NCBI GenBank assembly: GCA_036338595.1
Contig: JAYZBV010000007.1
Coordinates: forward strand, 1 to 18,464
Length of the DNA stretch: 18,464 bases
Source of the DNA: Planctomycetota bacterium
GTDB taxonomy: Bacteria > Planctomycetota > UBA8108 > UBA1146
Reading direction: 5' to 3'
The position numbers were made by a program, and so were the translations under genes. Shown piece by piece: positions 1 through 7,111 of the stretch (within the stretch, counting starts at the first letter, position 1; every line of letters starts with the position of its first letter). Below the pieces are notes generated by a model. That model was not told the DNA's origin and made no database searches. It saw nothing but the letters and a program-made list of their open reading frames with translations.

Positions 1-212
1 TTCCACGTGTAGTATGAAGTGGTGCCGTCGATAGCGACCGCGTTGGCTGCGAGTTCGAAGGCCGGGTTGTCGGGATTCGCCTGGTAGACCTGGTACACAC
101 GACTGATCGGGAACACCATCGTTCCATGGCCATATGCGACCGAGCCCAACAATATCGTCATGCCCAGGGAAAGCAGTGCCGCTAACGCGACCGGACTTTT
201 CAATCGCTGCAT
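1..212 (-). CDS. AA10 lytic polysaccharide monooxygenase (chitin/cellulose-binding, LPMO10), N-terminal part; runs off the left edge
   Basis: Manual translation from ATG at 212: MQRLKSPVALAALLSLGMTILLGSVAYG|HGTMVFPISRVYQVYQANPDNPAFELAANAVAIDGTTSYYTW. A 28-aa Sec signal peptide (AYG cleavage site) places His (codon 126-128) at mature position 1. The HG-x-M-x2-P-x-SR...P-x-NP...A-x4-G...Y-x-W pattern is typical of AA10 N-termini. Not in the supplied ORF track. Confidence 0.85.
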   Translation of the reverse strand, partial: MQRLKSPVALAALLSLGMTILLGSVAYGHGTMVFPISRVYQVYQANPDNPAFELAANAVAIDGTTSYYTW

Positions 213-312
213 GGTAAACCCTATCCGTATCGAAATGTTGAGAGCCACAGCCACGCGAGCGCCAAGCGATCTCGATACTTATCTCGATTGCTCTCGCGCT
301 CTAACAGTTCGA

Positions 313-1587
313 TCAGTCGCCGATCAACTTGCGCATCGAGGCCAGTCGCTGCTGCATCTGCTCGGCGGTGATCTTGCCGTCTTTCACCATCTGCTCCATC
401 TTGGCCTGGGCATCTGCATATTGCTGGCGAGTGACGGTCCTTTGTGAAGTTTCTTCCTTCTCGGATGGGCGGCCGATCATCTTGCGCATCCCGGCCAGTC
501 GCTGCTGCATCTGCTCGGCAGTGATCTCGCCGTCTTGCACCATCTTCTCCATCTTGGCCTCGGCTTCTGCATAGTCCTGGCGAGTGACGGTGCGTGGCTT
601 CTCTGATGGGCGGCCGATCATCTTGCGCATCCCGGCCAGTCGCTGCTGCATCTGCTCGGCAGTGATCTCGCCGGCTTCCACCATCTTCTCCATCTTGGCC
701 TGGGCTTCTGCATAGTCCTGGCGAGTGACGGTCCTTTGCGAGGAGTCTTTCTCATCGCTGGCTTCCTTCTCCTCGGAATCCTGCTGCCCCTCTTCCATCA
801 TTTCGATGTAGATCTCGACCGCCTGATCCTCGGTGATCTTTCCCGCAGCGATGCCCTCTTCGAGTCGAGCTCGAATCAACGCCCCACGGCCTCGGTCATC
901 TTTCTCCATCACCTCGATATATTTTTGTCTCGCCTCTTCCCAGGTCATCGCCCCCGATTCGATGGCCGCTTCGAGACGCTTACGCACTCCGGCACCGTCC
1001 ATGCTGCGCTTCTTCTGCGGCTTGGCCTGCTCCTTCTGGTCGGCAGCGCGAGCCTTGTCATCGGCCAGTTTCTTGCGCAATTCCTCAAAGCGGGCACGGC
1101 CCTGCTCACGAGTGATCTCGCCAGCGGCAATCGCCTCACGAAGTTTGATTCCCGCCTCCCGCAGAAGTCGTTCCGTTTCGGCAACCGCTTCATCTGCTTC
1201 TCGTACGGTGCCACGCTCTCGAGTGGCGGCGAGACGCTTGCGCAGCGCCTCCATCCGCTCTCGGCCCTGTTCAGCGGTGATCTCGCGCGCTGCAATCGCC
1301 TCGCGGATCCTGCGTCTCGCCTCCTGCAGGCGGCGTTCCATAACCTCGTCCACATCGTCATCGTCATCGTCAACTTCTCGTTGCTGGTCCGAGTCAGGAT
1401 CGGGATCCTGCCCGACAGAAAAATCGACAGAGCCGGGACTCACTGCGACTGATTTCGCATCACCTATCGATGGAATCGCAAGCAGTGCCCCCAGCAAACC
1501 AGAGAAGAAACAAATGAAAGCGAGATTCGCTGACAAAATGGAACGGGGTTCCTGGTCTCTACCCAGGACTTTGTAGATGTGCTGCAT
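313..1587 (-). CDS. Membrane-anchored or secreted charged helical-repeat protein (7 copies of a 'xx(A/D)G(E/K)IT-x-EQ' SHOCT-like motif), function unknown
   Basis: 424-aa ORF. AGGAGG SD lies 7 nt upstream. N-terminal hydrophobic segment, acidic linker (DDDDDD), then repeated GEITxEQ helical hairpins. Confidence 0.8.
   Translation of the reverse strand: MQHIYKVLGRDQEPRSILSANLAFICFFSGLLGALLAIPSIGDAKSVAVSPGSVDFSVGQDPDPDSDQQREVDDDDDDVDEVMERRLQEARRRIREAIAAREITAEQGRERMEALRKRLAATRERGTVREADEAVAETERLLREAGIKLREAIAAGEITREQGRARFEELRKKLADDKARAADQKEQAKPQKKRSMDGAGVRKRLEAAIESGAMTWEEARQKYIEVMEKDDRGRGALIRARLEEGIAAGKITEDQAVEIYIEMMEEGQQDSEEKEASDEKDSSQRTVTRQDYAEAQAKMEKMVEAGEITAEQMQQRLAGMRKMIGRPSEKPRTVTRQDYAEAEAKMEKMVQDGEITAEQMQQRLAGMRKMIGRPSEKEETSQRTVTRQQYADAQAKMEQMVKDGKITAEQMQQRLASMRKLIGD
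319..738 (-). repeat. Intragenic tandem repeat, 3 units (periods 153 and 141 nt; 51 and 47 aa)
   Basis: gccgatca recurs at 319, 472 and 613. A long identical block gatgggcggccgatcatcttgcgcatcccggccagtcgctgctgcatctgctcggcagtgatctcgcc starts at 464 and 605. Encodes RTVTRQDYAEAQAKMEKMV..GEITAEQMQQRLAGMRKMIG. Confidence 0.95.
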
Positions 1588-1594
1588 CAGAGGA

Positions 1595-1600
1595 CCTCCT
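1595..1600 (-). promoter_or_regulatory. Shine-Dalgarno site (AGGAGG) for the 1587 start
   Basis: cctcct on the + strand, 7 nt from the ATG. Confidence 0.8.
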
Positions 1601-1711
1601 CAGGAAGATAGAAACGATGGTGAAGTGTGAACTCGAATTGATTCCAGTGACAGCACTGACTGCGGATTCCTCGGTGCTGGCACCCTCTCGACATCGATGC
1701 AATTCGAAACA

Positions 1712-3907
1712 TCAGAAGCAGGGCAGACCGTCTGGCGTGGGATCGGGTGCTGGAGTGCCGGTCGGAGGTGGGATCGGTGGAGATCCGGGCACGAACAACG
1801 TGTTCAGGAAGTAGATCTGATCGGTCAGGTTGACGGTTCCGGTGTCATCGGTATCGCACGCCTTCAGGCACTGCGGCGGAACACCGCCGGCAAACAGGTA
1901 GGTGAGACCAAAGATGACATCTGCGAGATTCACCGAATCGTCGCCATTGCAATCTCCCCTGAGAAAGACGGCCTGCTCCAGGAAGGTGATCACTGCCGGA
2001 TCGATGGATGGTCCCGTGGCCACTCCATCGACATAGACGAGATTGTTCACCTGAGAAGGACCCAACCCATCGACAAAGTTCAGTTCTCTGACATCTCCAT
2101 TGACGAATCCCGATGCGGCCACGGAGAAATCGATCGACAGGATCGACCGGTCATCTCCTGCAGGAAGTTCCTGACCGGCAAAGGGAGGTCCGGCATCGAA
2201 GATCACCTGAACCGTGATGTAGCCGCCACTGGTTCCATCGGCAACTTCGACGATCACCTGTTCGGCACCGAGATCACCCGCTTCGGTTCCATCCGTGGTG
2301 ACATTGTTGATATCGAGCAGGTCCGATGGAAATTCCAGAGACAGATCATAGGCTTCCACCTGGGCACTCGACGACAGGAACACCGGCATCACCATCGATG
2401 CCTGCCCTGCGATGGCGGTGGCATCGTCGATGGCGACCGAGATCTCGACGATCGTCACCGAGCAGTTCTCTGCGAGGGAAGCATCGCCAGCCTGCACTCC
2501 CCTGACGCCATACTGGAAGGACCCCGGAGTCACCGCTGGATCAGAGAAACTGATCGCATCGCCGGGCAGCGACGCCAGCGGCAATCCATCCTTCTCGACG
2601 ATCACTTCGTCGTAGGCGACGGGGTTCTGCCATGCCAGGTCAACACCGTTGGCAGTCTGTGCGCAAGCCATGTTGGTCGGTGCTTCGACCAGCGAACCGA
2701 CGGGAGCCAGTACCGGAACATTGACCGTCGAAGGAGAGCCGGGCTTGAACAGGGTCACCGTCGCGATGGCAGCGGTCGGCGGCAGATCCGTGATGATGCG
2801 ATAGTTGTACATGAATCCCCAGCGCAATGCGTTGGCATCCGGATTCTGAATGTACGGCTCCGTGGCCCAGGTCACTCCCGCCGGGGTCACAGCCGAACTC
2901 CACAGGTCGGTGTCGTAGGGCTCACCACTGTGGTGGGCGATGCCGCGATGGCCGACTGCAAAGAGATTCGCCGAGGCAGATACCGGCACCGTGAAGGCAC
3001 CCGCACAACGATCGGAGTTCATGTTGTAGAGCGCGTAATCGTAGCGCCACTGGCCCGATCCCAGATCGGTGACCTTGTATCCGAGCAGCATCAGCCCCTC
3101 GCCGGGGACCCTGACCTCCTCGATCACCACTTCCGGGTCGTAATCCTGCCACGCCTGGATGCCGGGCTCACCCGCCTGGGTCGGAGATCCCGCAACGAAG
3201 TTGAGCGGAAAAGAAGCGGGGTTGCCACCGATGGTGACCTGGCGGTAGGCGACATTGTTATCACCGTTTCCTGCCAGAGCATCATCTGGAGTGACATAGT
3301 GTCCGGTGACGAAGTAAAGAGTGTTCGGATTGAGAGCGGGATCGATCAGCGCCTCTGCCACCTGCAAACGGCGATGGACCGTGTTGGTGAAGGGCGGCAT
3401 CGTAGGATCGACCGGATAAGGAAACACACCGGTATGTGCATTGACCTGCGACCGGGGCCCCAGGTTGGACTGCTGTCCATTGAGGCCCGCTGAATACGGA
3501 TCAGAACAATCGATACCGAGGGTGTCGCAATCGGTCGCCTGGCAGGGACCACAATCGGTGAGGCTGAGCGCACAGAATCCGTGCTTGAGCCATGAAACAC
3601 CGATCTGCTCCAGTACACCATCGTAGAGCCTGTACATCTCCTGCCCGATCACAGGATGAAAACTGTCATTGGCGTGCCACAGCAGTTCTATATCGCCGAT
3701 GTTGCAAGAAGTGGTTCCGACCGAATAGGCATAGATGCCGTTTTCCTGACCGAAGTTCCCCAGTTGTTGAAGGTCAAACAGAAAAACATCGGGAGCCTGA
3801 GCGTTCAGCGAACCCGAGATCATGGCGATAAAAAAGACCCAGATCAGTACTGGGCCTGCATGCGCTGGATCAGAAGACACTGTCGAAGATCTTGAAGATA
3901 TTGACAT
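1712..3907 (-). CDS. Secreted multidomain protein: lysyl-oxidase-like N-domain, beta-sandwich, FN3-like, cohesin-like, C-terminal dockerin-like domain
   Basis: 731 aa. GGGAGGAG SD at 3913-3920. Signal peptide ending SLNA|Q. Cys-rich N-domain (CNIGD...HPVI...YRL...WLKHGFC...CSDPY...NN). FN3-like APTNMAC...W.N..AYD (~2450-2686). Cohesin-like segment with FVDGLG (~1985-2443). Duplicated Ca-binding loops GDCNGDDSVNLAD / CDTDDTGTVNLTD (1712-1966). The CDS is confident; domain labels are by eye. Confidence 0.85.
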   Translation of the reverse strand: MSISSRSSTVSSDPAHAGPVLIWVFFIAMISGSLNAQAPDVFLFDLQQLGNFGQENGIYAYSVGTTSCNIGDIELLWHANDSFHPVIGQEMYRLYDGVLEQIGVSWLKHGFCALSLTDCGPCQATDCDTLGIDCSDPYSAGLNGQQSNLGPRSQVNAHTGVFPYPVDPTMPPFTNTVHRRLQVAEALIDPALNPNTLYFVTGHYVTPDDALAGNGDNNVAYRQVTIGGNPASFPLNFVAGSPTQAGEPGIQAWQDYDPEVVIEEVRVPGEGLMLLGYKVTDLGSGQWRYDYALYNMNSDRCAGAFTVPVSASANLFAVGHRGIAHHSGEPYDTDLWSSAVTPAGVTWATEPYIQNPDANALRWGFMYNYRIITDLPPTAAIATVTLFKPGSPSTVNVPVLAPVGSLVEAPTNMACAQTANGVDLAWQNPVAYDEVIVEKDGLPLASLPGDAISFSDPAVTPGSFQYGVRGVQAGDASLAENCSVTIVEISVAIDDATAIAGQASMVMPVFLSSSAQVEAYDLSLEFPSDLLDINNVTTDGTEAGDLGAEQVIVEVADGTSGGYITVQVIFDAGPPFAGQELPAGDDRSILSIDFSVAASGFVNGDVRELNFVDGLGPSQVNNLVYVDGVATGPSIDPAVITFLEQAVFLRGDCNGDDSVNLADVIFGLTYLFAGGVPPQCLKACDTDDTGTVNLTDQIYFLNTLFVPGSPPIPPPTGTPAPDPTPDGLPCF

Positions 3908-3970
3908 CTAGACTCCTCCCTGCAACAGCACGCTGTTGCTGCCGCGACCGAAGTGATGTCAGAAGCGCCT

Positions 3971-4165
3971 CTAGCTGGTGCTCAACATCTCAGGTGGCGG
4001 GCTCACATGATCGATCAACTCATCCAGCTGCGAAGACCTGGCTGCTTCCAGTACCTTCTGGCGGATCCGTTCCTGGATCGCCGCGGCAGACTTCAACTGC
4101 TCCGGGATGCGTGAGGCCAGGCTCTCGCCAGCTCGCTCCAACTTTTCCGGGATGTCGTTGATCAT
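3971..4165 (-). CDS. Small hypothetical protein (64 aa, predicted helical)
   Basis: AGGAG SD (ctcct at 4171-4175) 5 nt upstream of ATG. Fills the gap between two co-directional genes without overlap. Confidence 0.6.
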   Translation of the reverse strand: MINDIPEKLERAGESLASRIPEQLKSAAAIQERIRQKVLEAARSSQLDELIDHVSPPPEMLSTS

Positions 4166-4284
4166 TTCTACTCCTACCCCAAATTCCCATCGACAGAGAA
4201 GTTGGCGGCCATCCCCGACGGCCGCACACGACTCTTCCCGACGATGCTAGGGCGGGCGAACAGGTGAGGCAAGTGCAGTCGATA

Positions 4285-5223
4285 CTATTTTCGAGGCTCT
4301 GAAACGCCGAATTCACGCTCCAGAGGTCCCAGGTGGCCTCCAGAAGCGGTCAGACGCCTCGCCGCCAGATTCACATCTCCGCCCGCCCAGCAGGTCGCGA
4401 TCGCATGCCGTAAGTCACCATGGCAACTGGAGATCGACTCATCGGCCGTGGTCTTGTCAACCATCGCCAGATCCATGACGATCTGCACCGCTCGATTCCG
4501 CAACTTACGGTTAGAAGCGGTCAATGCGACCATCCGCCCACGATGAATCCAGCCATTCCTGAGTGCACAGATCGTCGATGCCCGCTGCAACAATCGATGC
4601 GTGGCAGTGGCAGCCTTGAGACGCGTCGAGCCGGCGACCGGCTCCGCTCCGGTGTCGAGCACGATGCGAAGTGAGGAGCCGATGGCGGCATCGGGGTCAC
4701 AGGTGATGAACACGGTATCGGCTGACGCCTCTGCTGCAGCAGTGAGTCCTTCGCGAACCCACGCAGCCGATCCCGAGGCACTGATCCCGATGACCAGGTC
4801 TCCAGCACCGGTGGCCACTTCTGCGATGCGATCCCGAGCCGCCTGTCCATCGTCCTCGGCACCTTCCTGGGCTGCGGTCAAAGCCGCATCTCCTCCGGCG
4901 ATCAGTGCCAGTCTGCGATCGGTTGCAATCGAGAAGGTCGGTCCCCACTCCGCCATGTCGAGTGCCAGCAGTCGTCCGCTCGTTCCTGCGCCCAGGCCGA
5001 TGACACGACCCGTTTCTCCGGCAAGGGTTCTTGCCATCCGCTCCGACAGTTCAAGAATTCCCTCACGCGCTTGGCTCAACGCTCGCTGAACCGTGGGCTC
5101 CTGCTGCTCGAACAGTTGCCACAGTTGTTCGGGGTCCGATATTGCTGCTGCAGTCGGGTCGACCTGTTCCGTCGAGGGGCCATCGATCAAAGCCCACCGC
5201 CAGGGCCCTGGATTCGTCTCCAT
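4285..5223 (-). CDS. murQ: N-acetylmuramic acid 6-phosphate etherase (MurQ family, SIS domain), divergent
   Basis: Motifs STEQVDP, GAGTSGRL..LD.AE..PTF, LIAGG..A...A.EGAED, GISASG, TGAE.VAGSTRLKA, MV...ASN.KL..RA. The ORF-track start (5460) lies deep inside the upstream gene. The likely start is ATG 5223 or TTG 5190 (TTGA overlap). Confidence 0.85.
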   Translation of the reverse strand: METNPGPWRWALIDGPSTEQVDPTAAAISDPEQLWQLFEQQEPTVQRALSQAREGILELSERMARTLAGETGRVIGLGAGTSGRLLALDMAEWGPTFSIATDRRLALIAGGDAALTAAQEGAEDDGQAARDRIAEVATGAGDLVIGISASGSAAWVREGLTAAAEASADTVFITCDPDAAIGSSLRIVLDTGAEPVAGSTRLKAATATHRLLQRASTICALRNGWIHRGRMVALTASNRKLRNRAVQIVMDLAMVDKTTADESISSCHGDLRHAIATCWAGGDVNLAARRLTASGGHLGPLEREFGVSEPRK

Positions 5224-6173
5224 ACCCGGCCGATCTCGGTGCGAGTTTGCTTTTCCCACGGTGCGTGCGGGTAGTCCTTGAGGATTTTCTCGAGTGCGGA
5301 AGCGGCCTCCCCGAGACGGTTCTTTTGCTCCAGTTGCTTCGCTTTTGCCATCGCTTCTCGCCATCGCTTCTCCACGATCCCGAGCACCTCGAGCCGACGC
5401 TGAGCCGGCGGAGACGCGGATGGAAGCGCAAGTTCGGCCACCTGAGAGAGCAGCCGACAACAGCTGGCGGTGTCATCCTTACCGAGCACGAGGGTCGCCC
5501 GGTCGAGCAGTTTGGTGGCGGCATCCCACTTCCTCGACAGCACGATGCTCTCCCTGGAGGCGTTTCGTAACACCTTCTTCAGGGCGCTGGTGGAGAGTTT
5601 CTTGCCCGCATGCTTGGCTCGTTGGCGGCCAAACTGATCGAGAATGCCGACGACAGTTGTGGATGAAGGGGTACCGAGAGAGGTGCTGAGAAGTTGCTGC
5701 ACCTTTTGCCTCGACCATCGGTGCGAATCGTCATCGGGGGAGGCGTCATCCAGTTTCGGTTCGGCAGGCCAGCCCCAGCCGCCGCCAGCGTCCGGTTTCC
5801 ACACGACCCGTACCAGCACCACCTTCTCGAGCAACCGAGCGATCGAGGGCGTCTGTATCAACTGATCGAGATGCAGCGCTGGATCGGCATCCGCGGGAGA
5901 TTCGAGCAACACCAGTATCGGCTGGCGCTTCTGCAGAGCACGCGGCAAACCCACTTCCGGATCGAGCCAGCGGCTACCGGCAACGACATCGGCTGCCAGC
6001 GGAGCCGAGGACAGCGGAGCCGAGGACAGCAGTGCCGTGGATAGCAGTGCCGTGGACAGCAGTCCACCCAGCATCAGGATTCGCCAGGTGCCCGTCGATC
6101 GGCCACCAGCGATGGAAGATGCACAGAATTTCTTCAGGTGCTTGCCCGCGTACGGCATCGATCGAGCCTCCAT
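5187..6173 (-). CDS. Secreted protein with thioredoxin-like N-terminal fold (no CxxC) and C-terminal TPR-like helices
   Basis: Signal-like hydrophobic stretch, then RWLD.E.GL.RA....QPILVLL...VVLVRV...VGILDQFG (Trx-like pattern) and A..ALEKILKDYP (TPR-like). Start uncertain: 6293, 6173, 6158 or 6074. Confidence 0.6.
   Translation of the reverse strand: MEARSMPYAGKHLKKFCASSIAGGRSTGTWRILMLGGLLSTALLSTALLSSAPLSSAPLAADVVAGSRWLDPEVGLPRALQKRQPILVLLESPADADPALHLDQLIQTPSIARLLEKVVLVRVVWKPDAGGGWGWPAEPKLDDASPDDDSHRWSRQKVQQLLSTSLGTPSSTTVVGILDQFGRQRAKHAGKKLSTSALKKVLRNASRESIVLSRKWDAATKLLDRATLVLGKDDTASCCRLLSQVAELALPSASPPAQRRLEVLGIVEKRWREAMAKAKQLEQKNRLGEAASALEKILKDYPHAPWEKQTRTEIGRVWRRIQGPGGGL
5997..6063 (-). 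repeat. 15-nt tandem repeat (about 4.5 units) encoding LSTAL-LSTAL-LSSAP-LSSAP in the signal region
   Basis: cagcggagccgagga x2, cagcagtgccgtgga, tagcagtgccgtgga, cagcagt. Confidence 0.9.
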
Positions 6174-6330
6174 TCGAGGCATCAGTCTAATCGGTGGCGC
6201 CAACCGAGGCCATCCCCCCACCTCTTCGACTTGCCCGGAACTCGACCACAGCCCATGATCAGACGGTTGCTCCCCGGACTGTTCGAGGCGCATCTATCGG
6301 CTACCGCTGAAAATTTCGGAGGCTCTCGCC

Positions 6331-7101
6331 TTGTTGCCCGATCCGACCACTGCTCCCGATCCGCTGGCCCCGACACCGGGTACGGCCCCGGGTCCGCATC
6401 CGATGCTCGACAAGGATGGGCACCAGATCCAGCAGATGTTCGATGAGATCGCTCCCCGCTACGACCTGCTCAATCGGGTCTTTTCCTTTTGCATCGATCT
6501 GTGGTGGCGACGAAGGGCGATCGAGAGCCTGCGCGCGGGCGCGGGTTCGCTGATCCTCGACGCTTGCTGTGGCACCGGAGACCTGGCGCTGGCTCTACTG
6601 GAGAAAACCCCCTCTGCCCGTGTGATCGGCAGTGATTTCTCCATCGGCATGCTGCAGGCAGGGCGCAACAAGAACAGAAGCGGCCATCACCCTGCCATTC
6701 TCGCTGCGGATACTCTTCACCTTCCCTTCGGCGACTGCACCTTTGACGGAGCGATGGTCGGATTCGGCATGAGAAATGTCGTCGATGTCGATGCTGCGTT
6801 GAGAGAACTGAGGCGAGTCCTCAAGCCCGGGGGGCGCCTGATGATTCTCGAGTTCACGCCGATGCAAAACCGCTGGGTCCGGCCCTTTTCCGATTTCTAT
6901 CAGAGCCAGATCCTGCCACGACTCGGCAATCGATTCTCCGGCTCAAAGCATCGGGCCTACAGTTACCTCGATGAATCGGTGCGCGACTGGCCCGATGCAG
7001 AGAGGCTGGCACAGAAGATCCGCAACGCACCACTCCATGCCGTTCGACATCGAACGCTGTTCCCGGGAAACGTTGCAGTGCATGAAGCTGTGCGCGGCTA
7101 A
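6331..7101 (+). CDS. menG: Demethylmenaquinone methyltransferase (UbiE/MenG family)
   Basis: MFDEIAPRYDLLNRV.SF..D..WRR, SAM motif ILDACCGTGDLA, LPF.D.TFD, FGMRNV, RVLKPGG, AYSYL.ESV. GGAGG at 6318-6322 precedes TTG 6331 (alternative ATG 6403). Confidence 0.93.
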   Translation: MLPDPTTAPDPLAPTPGTAPGPHPMLDKDGHQIQQMFDEIAPRYDLLNRVFSFCIDLWWRRRAIESLRAGAGSLILDACCGTGDLALALLEKTPSARVIGSDFSIGMLQAGRNKNRSGHHPAILAADTLHLPFGDCTFDGAMVGFGMRNVVDVDAALRELRRVLKPGGRLMILEFTPMQNRWVRPFSDFYQSQILPRLGNRFSGSKHRAYSYLDESVRDWPDAERLAQKIRNAPLHAVRHRTLFPGNVAVHEAVRG

Positions 7102-7111
7102 GGGGTGATCG

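Noticed and set aside
236..306. Imperfect long hairpin between the repeat gene and the LPMO gene (similar weak pairing at 1635-1707)
   Set aside because: Many bulges and no U-tract on the - strand. Cannot be supported as a terminator or ncRNA without covariation data.
319..738. Possible CRISPR or diversity-generating-retroelement-type repeats
   Set aside because: Repeats are in-frame coding units without unique spacers, differences are not confined to adenines, and no cas or reverse transcriptase gene is in the window.
736..1576. 238-aa and 247-aa + strand ORFs
   Set aside because: Opposite the 424-aa repeat gene, with no RBS or motifs.
1697..3493. 598-aa + strand ORF
   Set aside because: Antisense shadow of the 731-aa gene, which has the RBS, signal peptide and domain motifs. 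The shadow's translation is Arg/His-rich with no recognisable motif.
5224..5460. N-terminal extension of MurQ in the ORF track
   Set aside because: Overlaps the upstream same-strand gene by more than 270 nt. MurQ similarity begins only near STEQVDP.
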